A DNA stretch of 62,777 bases, the filler included, from Stramenopiles sp. TOSAG23-3 (taxonomy: Eukaryota): assembly GCA_900128585.1 (NCBI GenBank). It is 16 parts of 16 records of this genome, joined end to end, with 100 filler letters (N's around TTAATTAATTAA, not from the genome) between each part and the next. Parts side by side here need not be neighbours in the genome. Positions count along the whole stretch, not along the records: positions 1 to 3,853 come from LT644048.1; positions 3,954 to 7,802 come from LT644049.1; positions 7,903 to 11,751 come from LT644050.1; 13 more parts are not named here. One strand, given 5' to 3'. A model generated the notes under the pieces. It saw nothing but the letters and a program-made list of their open reading frames with translations. It searched no databases and was not told the origin of the DNA. Made by a program: the position numbers and the translations under genes. Below, piece after piece: positions 1 to 9,197 of this stretch; the stretch's first letter is position 1; each line of letters begins with the position of its first letter.

Positions 1-20
1 ATAAGTTCAAATCACAGGCT

Positions 21-830
21 TTAGAGTAGTCCTGTCACTTCAGGGTCGAATTGCAGCGTACCGTGTCCTTGAGAATTCAAGGGAGGCACTTTCGTTTTTC
101 CATTCATGTACCGACCAATGCGAGACTTGGTATTTCTGAAGCCACTAGATGTCATCGTTCTGAGGAATCCAGAGCTACATTTGGGGCTTAAGTGTGTCGT
201 TCCCAAGAGCACATCCTTTAGAAGAGACCCATACTTTATCCCATTACCGCGCAGGAGCCTCGACGTTGTTCCCGAAAAACCAGTACTGGACCATGGCCTT
301 CTTGTGCCCGGTCGCTGAAACGAAGACGATACCTTCTTCTTTCCGCCCCCGTATTGCGAAACGAGAAAATTAAGCTCACTCTTATCCAAAGAGACATTGA
401 AATCTGCTAAAATTCCCATAAAATCCAATTTACTAATCAATCCACTTCTTTTGTTGTCCGCTTTTCGAAAAGCAGATTGCAAGTCTCGCCAATTCGACAG
501 TGCGACTAAACTAAGTTTCATCATGACGGCGTTTTTTGTTTCCGATGAGTCCACCGGCAACGGCGTGACGGCCAAGTTGGAACCCAGCTGGTCGTTACCC
601 GTTTTGGCACTGAGATTAAGCGCTGGAACTTCTGTCTTGGCGAGCGACGTATTTTCCACAACAGCTTTTTCCCGTGTTTCTTTCTTGCTAGGAGAGACTT
701 GCGGGGATCCTGGAAGAGTTGATCGGAAGGTGTTGATGGAATCATCAAACTTAATCGGCGCTTCTAACGTTCCTTCTGTCGGCTTCCACTGTACCAATTT
801 ACGGTGCGTACCGTTCCCTGGTTTCAGCAC
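21..830 (-). CDS. EF-hand-containing protein, 5'-truncated fragment
   Basis: LQSAFRKADNKRSGLISKLDFMGIL is an EF-hand-like loop, followed by LDKSELNFLVSQY. No ATG near the 5' end, and an in-frame TAA lies just upstream at 837-839. Confidence 0.6.
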   Translation of the reverse strand: MLKPGNGTHRKLVQWKPTEGTLEAPIKFDDSINTFRSTLPGSPQVSPSKKETREKAVVENTSLAKTEVPALNLSAKTGNDQLGSNLAVTPLPVDSSETKNAVMMKLSLVALSNWRDLQSAFRKADNKRSGLISKLDFMGILADFNVSLDKSELNFLVSQYGGGKKKVSSSFQRPGTRRPWSSTGFSGTTSRLLRGNGIKYGSLLKDVLLGTTHLSPKCSSGFLRTMTSSGFRNTKSRIGRYMNGKTKVPPLNSQGHGTLQFDPEVTGLL

Positions 831-3526
831 TTTCGTTTAGCAGCAAATATAGTTCTTGTGGCGTCGTATTACGTCACTCAAAAGCATGCCTCGCCGCTGT
901 ATCCTATGGTGGCACCGCCACTCCTTTCATTATTGCTCGCGGTTATTGTTGGCAGAAGTCAACCAAACTACGGAAACATAAAGATAAAAGCGAAAAAATA
1001 TGGTGGTGTAGAAGCTCACATGATGAATTCTCTGATGCTGTCATGGTACACCACTATTTTTATGTATGGGGCTGCAATCGCTGTAAATTGCCTTTTTTAC
1101 CCTCTGTCCTTCACCTACATTGCGATGGGCACGGGAGGGGTCTTTGTGCTTATGATCGTTTTCAATTTGTGCTTGGGCAGCAATGCCGGACGAGACCGAA
1201 AACGTTTGACGAAAATAATGCGCTCAATTAAAAAGTATTTTAAAAAGAAGAAGTGGGACAAAGTGCTTAATTTAATCAGCTCTCTCGACGACAACAACGA
1301 GCTTAACTCCATCGACGATTTGATGTTGCGTTCAGAAACGTCCGAAGAAAACACGTTAATTGTTGTCCAAGAGTACATGGATGTCCTGCTGACATTGCTT
1401 AATTGCGAACACGAAGAGACTACTGTGCAAATAATTTCTACTTTTGGGATTGCCGCCAGGATAGGAATGATCAAAGAAAACGCTGAAATAAATGAAATTA
1501 CGGCAAACCTGCCGTACGAGAATATAATAAAAGTGGTCGTTCCTCTTTTGAAGGAGGGAACTTCCAGCAATTCCGTCAAAGCGAAGCGCAGAATCATCAA
1601 TGCGTTTAAGGCCAAGATGGCACTGCAACAGGAGAAAACCGCTACGGCTAGCCATGGAAAAGGGGCGGGCAAAGAGGACGAAGAGTTGGACCCAGATGAT
1701 TTAGACGTTAGCATCGGTAGCATGTCAACCATGACTCGATCTACAACAAGCATGAAAGGGCGCAGTCTGAAGTCTCCAACAACCCGTAAGGGCACGACGA
1801 CTGGAGGAAAACAGGGATGGCAGGAGGAAAAAACCCCGGTGAAGAAAAAACCTGCTCTCAAAAGAAAAAAAATCACGTGGGAAAAAGAAATTTTGGGTTT
1901 TTACAAGAAGCATTCTCCAGAAAAAGCCAACAAAGACCATGTAGTAAAGCTGCTTGAAATTAACAAAGGCCGTGAGTACGAAATGGCGGCAAGGTTGTAC
2001 TCTAAGTATGATTTGCCTGTGCCGAAAAAGTTTCTTCCTCCCCCACACGAGTACGATGAGGATGTGCCGAAAAAACGAGGGTGCTGCAAAAAATGCTGTT
2101 CGTGTTTCTGCCGATTCTTCTGCTGTTGGTCTCCGGAGACGCAGTGACACCGTTTCAGAGTGACGGCGCAAAGGACGAAGACCCTTCGGAGAAAATCGAT
2201 GTTACTCAGAATCTTCAAATACTGACCGCATATGCTTTGGCATACATTGCAGAAGCGCACGAAGAGATGTCCAAGAAAATTAGCACCGTTTCGATTGTAA
2301 ACAGCCTAATCATCCACAGCGGCGAGCACCAGCCCACCAAACTGCGAGCTGCGTGCGTTAGGTGCCTGTCTGTTCTTAGCCACCAAAATAGAAATGTGCA
2401 GAAAATGGTGTCGACAAAAGGAACTTCGATCAACACAATTGTGGCAATGTGCTGGCACAAAGACCCAACGATAAGCATTCACGCGTTGCAAATCATGGGA
2501 AATGCAGGGCTACCATTTCGTGACGCCTGGAAGAGTGCAGATGCAATGGGCGCAGCACTTGGCGTATTTCTGTTGGAATATGCCGACAGCAACAAGAAGC
2601 GAACGGAGAGACTAGCAGCAACGTTGCATGCTATTGCGCGGCTGACGCAAAATGATGTGGACGCCCAAAATCTGTTTCTTCAAAAAGGAGCCTTGAAAGA
2701 CATTGCTGAGTTGTACAAACGGCACGTGAAAGATCCGCCTGATGTCGTCATCAGCCTGATCCCTTACGTTCTGGTAGGGCTCACCAGCAGTCCTGCCCTT
2801 GCTGGCGACATATTTGCAAGCGATTTATTGAACCTCATGATAGAAGGCTTTATGATGGCCGCTTTTGATGGGGTCTTGCCCATGGACTTGATCGCGCGCG
2901 CAGCTGGCGGAGGGAAAATGGCCTTTAGCGAAACCTCAATAATTACTATGAAACACAGAAAGAGCTTGTTAGAAAATTACTCAACAAACATCGAGCGTGC
3001 TCTGTCCCAGGTCTGCGATGCGCGCCAAACAGTAAAATTGAAGGCGACGATGATTTTATCGAAAGTGGTCCAGAGTGCTAAAAACCCATATAAGAAATTG
3101 CGTGCAGAGGACTTAATGACTCGAGTCATCCACTACGTTGCCCCGGAACAAGAATGGCAGAAGAAAAAGAAAGCCAGCAAGCGGAAAGTTGCGGTACCGA
3201 AGCAAAAAGTCAAGAGAACAGTAGAACTAATAAAGACGGTCGAGGAAGAAGTAGTAAAATCGTGCTTTTGCTTTGGCAAAAAGAAGAATACGAGGGAAGA
3301 AGAGGATAATGCTGTTATTGCGTTGGAAGAAGGCGCTTTAGGAAACAGCAAACGGCGCCGTGGCAAAGGCTCGGCAACACCGAGTCGCCTGAGGAACTCA
3401 CAAACTCGTTCGCTCACTCGTGCTTCTACAGCGAAAGCCCCGCTTAATGCTTCTACGACCGGCAGGGCCTTGAAGACTTCCCCGAAACGTTCCAGTCGTA
3501 AAACAGGAAAAGTGTCGCCAAGGTAA
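804..3526 (+). CDS. Membrane-anchored armadillo/HEAT-like repeat protein split across two overlapping ORFs (804-2147 and 2081-3526); probably one gene
   Basis: N-terminal hydrophobic TM segments, helical ARM-like repeats in both ORFs (LRAACVRCLSVLS, ATLHAIARLTQND..AQNLFLQKGAL), and Cys-rich palmitoylation-like stretches. There is no intergenic space between the ORFs. Confidence 0.55.
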
Positions 3527-3954
3527 GATGATTTAGCAATACTAATACCCCATTAAAGTGTTGTAATAGACAAAAATTTATGAAGTAGAAGCACACTTTA
3601 AAAAAAAAAATAAATTATATAGCACACTTCTTTTAATAGAATTTATACTTAAAAAAAATAAACACACTTTTTTTTAGAAGAATTTATATTTATTATTAAT
3701 AATGAGATTGACGACACCCCCCGGTTCGAAAATTATCGAATAATTGTTGTTAGTCGTTCTAGTAGATACTATTATTATAATTGAAGATGCTCTGCTTATG
3801 AAAAAAAAAAGGAAAATCAAATCTGTTGTTGTTGTTGTGATATTGTGTATCGGNNNNNNNNNNNNNNNNNNNNNNNNNNNNNNNNNNNNNNNNNNNNTTA
3901 ATTAATTAANNNNNNNNNNNNNNNNNNNNNNNNNNNNNNNNNNNNNNNNNNNNC

Positions 3955-6900
3955 CTGCATACGTTTGCACACTCGGATTCTGTCTATAGCATTGCGTACG
4001 CCCCCGATGGCAAGACACTCGCCGCGGGCGGAGGTGACTACAAAGTGACCGTCTACTCCACTGGCCCGCCTTCCCTCGACAGCGCACTGTTGAGAAAACG
4101 GAATTCGCTCAGCCCGTTGCAGCAATTAATGCTGGGGTCCGTCTTTCAAGATGCAATTTCCGGTGGGGACACCCGGTCCTGGCTCCGGTCGCGCATGATG
4201 ATTGTAGGGCAGGGACGCGTCGGGAAAACCTGCCTGGTCCGCTCGTTGCGCGGAGAGCCGTACGTCCAGCAGGAGTCCACCCAAGGAACGGACATCAGCG
4301 AGTGTATTTTAGACCGCTCGGAGCTGTCCAGCTGGCGGTTGCTATCGGACGACGAGAAAGGACACGAGTACGAACGTGCGCTCGCCGCCGATGTGATTGC
4401 CAAGGAAGTGCGTCGGAAAGAAGCAGAAGAGAGCACGGCGCGCCAAGAGCGGGAGCACCGACCAGAGAAACCGCAGCAACACGTGGAGACAGCGCCCGCT
4501 GACGCCGGCAAGGCGCAGCGCAAACGGGACGCAACCCCCGCCGTGGGCCGTGCCCCGGCCCTGGACACCGCCACCGCCCACGACACGGCGCCCACGGCCT
4601 CCGGTGCCGCCCCTTCTAGCACCCCACGAACCCCGGAACAAGGCACCACAAACCAGATCGAAGAGGCAAACGCCGCAATTATCCGCGACCAAGACACGGT
4701 CAAGACCATCGACGACGCCTTGGTCGCGCAGTTTGTAGAGAACGGCATGGCCCAACGGTTGGTGATCACCGCGTGGGATTACGGCGGGCAATCCGTGTTC
4801 TACGCGCTCCACCACCTTTTCTTGACACGGTACGGAGTCTACTTGGTCGTCTTCAACCTTGAACATTTGAGCGCCGCGACGAGCGACGCGCACTTGGACG
4901 AAACAAAAGAGTTCATCTTGTTTTGGTTGAAAAGCATTGCTCTCCATGCCAAGGACAAAGAGACCGGCACGGTCGCGCCAATCTTTTTGGTCGGCACCCG
5001 CCGTGACGTCGTCGGGCACCAGCCGGAGACACTTCGAGGGATTTCCGAGGCGCACGTCCAGCCGCTGCTCGCGGGCCTGCCGCAAGAAGTTCGCGATGCC
5101 ATCCAAAGACCAGCGTCCCCGGACGAGGCGGGGCCATGGTTTTGGGCTGTCGACAACACCTTTCGTACCACAGTAGAGCAGCCCGAGGACGGCGCTATCG
5201 TGGCATTGCGGGAACAAATTGAAGCGGTCATTTTAAACGACCCGTGTGGGTATGCGAAAATGAAGATCCCGTACAATTGGCTGCAGCTGTGCGACTTGCT
5301 GCAAGAAATGCAAAAGCCCAAACAGGACGATGCCGCGGCCAACGCAGAATCGGAAAAGCCAGTGGCAAAGAAGTTGTCTCCGCGAATTACCTTGGAGCAA
5401 TTCCAAACGCTGGCGGTGAAATGCAACATCACTGATGAGAAGCAGCACGCCTTGCTCTTGAATGTCTTCCACGAGCTGGGTGTCTTGGTCCACTTCAACA
5501 CTCCCTCCGCATTGAACGCGACGGTCGTTCTGCAGCCGCAATGGCTCATCGACTCGATTTCCTTGGTCATCCGAGATTATCGTCTCCATGGGCACATGCA
5601 CGAGGCGCTGATTTCCGAGTTCAAACGGTACGACACGGACCACGACGGGCACCTGAACAAAGACGAGCTCGCCTCGTTACTGCGAGAGGCCGGGGAGACG
5701 AACGTGTTGTCAACGGATCTGTTGACACTGATGGACATTGATCACGACGGAAAAGTCAAGGACGAGGAGTGGGTAAGCTTTGTCATCAACCAGTTCCGGC
5801 GAACGGAGCATGAGCGGGAAAAAGATGGCCTTCGTGCGTTCGTGTCCCTCCTCGAAGGCCACATTAAGAGCGCATTGAACGAGTTGCGAGGGGAGTGCGC
5901 ACAGGAGTGGGCCGATCTGACCCAGAAAGGGTTTTTGCACCGAAAGTTGCTCGACGAGGTCGTCTGGCAAGGCTACGAAGCGGAAACTCGTTTCTTTCTC
6001 ACTGCGCTCATGATCAAGTTTGGTCTCCTCACTCGTCTGTGGAACAACGACTTGTTTCTAGTCCCGAGCTTGTTGAGGGACAAGCCTGGGTCCAAGGATG
6101 AGCCGCCCGACCAACGGTTTCTGCGCGTCCCGAACGCGTCGAATTCGTTCCGGTTTGCATTCGAGTTTCTGCCGACCGGATTCTTCGAACGGTTGCAGGC
6201 GTACGCGATCGCAACCAGCCACAGCTACCGGGCCGGCGAAAACGTGAAAGGCACGCTCTTTCGGAACGAGGCGATTCTGTCGTTTGGGGAGAAGACGTTT
6301 TGCTTGCTTCGACAGAGTGGAGGGAGAAACATTGTCGGTACGGTCCATGCAGCTGCAGACTCGGATGCGTTTCTGGAATTTCAAAGCGAGCTCTCTGTCC
6401 TTGTGAGTGATGTGAACGTAGACTTTTTCAAAAACCAGTTGAAGTTTAAGCTGTTCTTGGAATATGCCGCAGAAGGAGTGGACGTCTCTGTCCCTGTCCA
6501 AGAGGCATACGAGGCTGGCGCCAAGCAGTTGCTGACACCCGACATGGAAAACCATGGGATACCCTCCGGTGCATTCCAACATTGGTTTGCAGAGGACGAG
6601 GACGAAGGTGGCGGGGCCCGTGACGCAGGCCAGCCCGTCCGGCAGGACGATATCGGGAACGCAATGCAGGCCCGTGGAGGGAACAAACCAAAACTGCCCA
6701 TCGCCTCTGGTGGCAACGCAACGTTGGACACACTCCGTAGCGTGCGAAAAATTGCGGTCATTTTCGGAATCAACGATTATACTGAAACCACTTTGAACGA
6801 TTTAAGTTACGCCGTGGCCGACGCAGGGTTGGTCTCGCAGACGTTGAAAGCGTGTGGGTGGGAAATATGGAATAATAAGCCGTTTTTGAACGCTGAGTGC

Positions 6901-7785
6901 ACAAAAAATAATATTATATACGCTTTGGATGCAATCGCGGACGAATTCTCGAGCGCGGGCGAGGACGACAAATCGTTGCCAGACAATGCAGGGCAATTCA
7001 TTTTTTATTTTGCCGGGCATGGCAAAAAAAAGAAGGGGAACGTGGGGGAGTTGTGCCTGAGTCAGTATAACCGCAAAAAGACAAGCACACAGTACAAGGT
7101 GTCATTGATAAAATACGCCATGGAAGGGCTGCCCGTGTGTCAAAGTTTAATTGCCATTGATGCCTGCCATTCCGGTTTAATTTTTGGGGAAGACGGTGGG
7201 TCCGCGACGCTGCCGCGGTCGTATTCCGCAGCCCAGTGCTTTCCGCTTAACGAACACCCAGTTATTCACGCAATGACAGCGTGCACGGGTTCAGAAGTGT
7301 CAAACGAGACAGGCGGCCATGGGATCTTTACAAAATTTCTGTGTGACCAAATCACCCACGAGCTGCACAAAGACGACGAAGCACCGATCGTCTCAGCTCG
7401 GCACGTGTTTCAAAAGCTGTCCAGCCGTGTCCTAGGTCGCTCTAACAGACAGCAAAACCCATTGTATGGGCAGTTGTTTGACAAGCATTTCGAACAAAAG
7501 TGCCATGGAGAGTTTTTTTTTACGTTGCCGAAACATGATGTGAAAAGCGCAAAGAGTGAGAAAGAAATCGAACTGGAAGATGTTCGAAATCAAATCAAAG
7601 AGATTATGGCACAATACAATCAAGCAGTAGAAGATGAAGATGATGATTTGGAGGCAGACTTGGAAGAGAAAAAGGTTGAGCTGATCAAACGAAGAAAAGA
7701 ACTTCAAAAGATTATCAAAGAAGGCAGACCTTCTACTCCAAGTGGGAGCGGGCTGAATGTTGTGAGGGCAAAGCGAGGGGAATGA
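3955..7785 (+). CDS. Roco-family protein: WD40 (5'-truncated) - ROC GTPase - COR with EF-hand pair - caspase/metacaspase-like (peptidase C14-like) domain - C-terminal coiled coil
   Basis: The frame is open from the contig edge, reading LHTFAHSDSVYSIAYAPDGKTLAAGGGDYKVTVYS (WD40). ROC motifs: GQGRVGKT (4207), STQG, WDYGGQSVFYALHHLF (4774), FLVGTRRD. COR motifs: IPYNWL, FHELGVLVHF, VVLQPQWLID, FLVPSLL, FLPTGFFERL. EF hands: DTDHDGHLNKDE and DIDHDGKVKDEE. Caspase motifs: AVIFGINDY, FYFAGHG (His 7018), IDACHSG (Cys 7165), GHGIFTKFL, QQNP. Confidence 0.9.
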   Translation: MHTFAHSDSVYSIAYAPDGKTLAAGGGDYKVTVYSTGPPSLDSALLRKRNSLSPLQQLMLGSVFQDAISGGDTRSWLRSRMMIVGQGRVGKTCLVRSLRGEPYVQQESTQGTDISECILDRSELSSWRLLSDDEKGHEYERALAADVIAKEVRRKEAEESTARQEREHRPEKPQQHVETAPADAGKAQRKRDATPAVGRAPALDTATAHDTAPTASGAAPSSTPRTPEQGTTNQIEEANAAIIRDQDTVKTIDDALVAQFVENGMAQRLVITAWDYGGQSVFYALHHLFLTRYGVYLVVFNLEHLSAATSDAHLDETKEFILFWLKSIALHAKDKETGTVAPIFLVGTRRDVVGHQPETLRGISEAHVQPLLAGLPQEVRDAIQRPASPDEAGPWFWAVDNTFRTTVEQPEDGAIVALREQIEAVILNDPCGYAKMKIPYNWLQLCDLLQEMQKPKQDDAAANAESEKPVAKKLSPRITLEQFQTLAVKCNITDEKQHALLLNVFHELGVLVHFNTPSALNATVVLQPQWLIDSISLVIRDYRLHGHMHEALISEFKRYDTDHDGHLNKDELASLLREAGETNVLSTDLLTLMDIDHDGKVKDEEWVSFVINQFRRTEHEREKDGLRAFVSLLEGHIKSALNELRGECAQEWADLTQKGFLHRKLLDEVVWQGYEAETRFFLTALMIKFGLLTRLWNNDLFLVPSLLRDKPGSKDEPPDQRFLRVPNASNSFRFAFEFLPTGFFERLQAYAIATSHSYRAGENVKGTLFRNEAILSFGEKTFCLLRQSGGRNIVGTVHAAADSDAFLEFQSELSVLVSDVNVDFFKNQLKFKLFLEYAAEGVDVSVPVQEAYEAGAKQLLTPDMENHGIPSGAFQHWFAEDEDEGGGARDAGQPVRQDDIGNAMQARGGNKPKLPIASGGNATLDTLRSVRKIAVIFGINDYTETTLNDLSYAVADAGLVSQTLKACGWEIWNNKPFLNAECTKNNIIYALDAIADEFSSAGEDDKSLPDNAGQFIFYFAGHGKKKKGNVGELCLSQYNRKKTSTQYKVSLIKYAMEGLPVCQSLIAIDACHSGLIFGEDGGSATLPRSYSAAQCFPLNEHPVIHAMTACTGSEVSNETGGHGIFTKFLCDQITHELHKDDEAPIVSARHVFQKLSSRVLGRSNRQQNPLYGQLFDKHFEQKCHGEFFFTLPKHDVKSAKSEKEIELEDVRNQIKEIMAQYNQAVEDEDDDLEADLEEKKVELIKRRKELQKIIKEGRPSTPSGSGLNVVRAKRGE

Positions 7786-7902
7786 CGGGGTGGGGAAGGT
7801 AANNNNNNNNNNNNNNNNNNNNNNNNNNNNNNNNNNNNNNNNNNNNTTAATTAATTAANNNNNNNNNNNNNNNNNNNNNNNNNNNNNNNNNNNNNNNNNN
7901 NN

Positions 7903-8574
7903 TTTCTTTGCCTTCGAGAACGACGGAACCTCTGCTAATTTACTATCGCCCTCCTTTAGTTCCGCGAGCTCCAAAAATATCGACAAGTACCGGTTCTGGA
8001 CATCGCTTTTCCGAAGGCCATACCGCTTTAACATGTCTGGCTTGTCATTCCAAAGTTTCGCCCGTTTCGCTGGGCGGTGCCCCTCTTCCAAGTTTCCGTG
8101 GAACGGCACGGTACGGTTCGGATTGCTGATGGACAATCGATTGTGCACCCGGCGGGACAATGGAGGCTCAGTCCCGTGGTTAAAGAATATATAGAGGTTC
8201 CACCGAGTTCCCTCGCAGTCTACAAACGTCCGACTTCGTTCGGACGACGATGGCTCCGCGTTGATACACCGTTCTAAACATCCCGGGATTCTGTGTTCGA
8301 ATACAACTGGCGTCACGTTTTGCCTCTGAGAACTGGAGGTTTTCTTCCCCTTCTCCTCTACCCCGGAAGACTCTAAGGGAACAGTTGCTGGGCTCTCTTC
8401 ACCAGAGAGGGCAGTCTTTGGGCCAAGTGGCAATGCAGCCACTGGGATCTCCGGATAGACTTCCGCCTTGCCCTGTGCGTACTGATCGATGTCATGCTTC
8501 ACTGCAATGACATCACCTGGATCTTCTCCCCCGACCCCAATCATCGAAACATCGCCATTACCACCGGGATCCAT
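7903..8574 (-). CDS. MATH/TRAF-domain protein (possible USP7-like N-terminus), 3'-truncated
   Basis: VFEHRI...SRTFVDCEGTRWNLYIF...YLSIFLE matches the MATH strand pattern, with a long insertion. ATG at 8574; the ORF runs into the linker. Confidence 0.55.
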
Positions 8575-9197
8575 GCTTTTACTAAACCAATAAAACCGCA
8601 CTGAACAAAAATGTTGATGCACTCACTCTCTTGGATCTGCTTCCTTTTCTGTCTGCAAAACAATACACGCACGTGCACACTGTTTCAAGAGTAAAAAACA
8701 AAAAAACAAAAAGAAGAAGAAACAGAAGAGTACAACAATACAAATCCTGGAAAATCGACACCTCGCATTCCTTCGCTGCCTGTCTTTCTTCTTTTTACAT
8801 TTCATTTGATTTAATGTATTACTTGATTGGATTCTTTTTATATCATTCAAGAATTCACAATTAATTTCTTTCTCGTTGATTCAATTAAAGACAGACGGAG
8901 TCATTTAAGGAATTATATATAACATATAAATAACACACAAAGTATCCATCATTTGAGCCATTGAATTCCTTCCAGGAATTCCTTCATTAAGGTTATATAC
9001 GATACAATTTAAAATTACAGGAAAGATATTTGTAACCTTTACGTTAAGGTAAATTATGATATCTATAAATAGTATTTCTCTTCTTTCTTTTTCCATTGTT
9101 GTATTGTTGATTTGCAACTTTTGTAAAGTCGAATTGAGAAAGAGAGAGAGTGTGTGTGTGTGTATATGTTTGGGGTTTGGGAGAACGCGCGTTTGGG

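Noticed and set aside
3898-3909. TTAATTAATTAA recurring every ~3.9 kb, resembling a periodic element or nanochromosome boundary
   Set aside because: Always centred in N44 flanks; it is an artificial six-frame-stop linker between length-sorted contigs.
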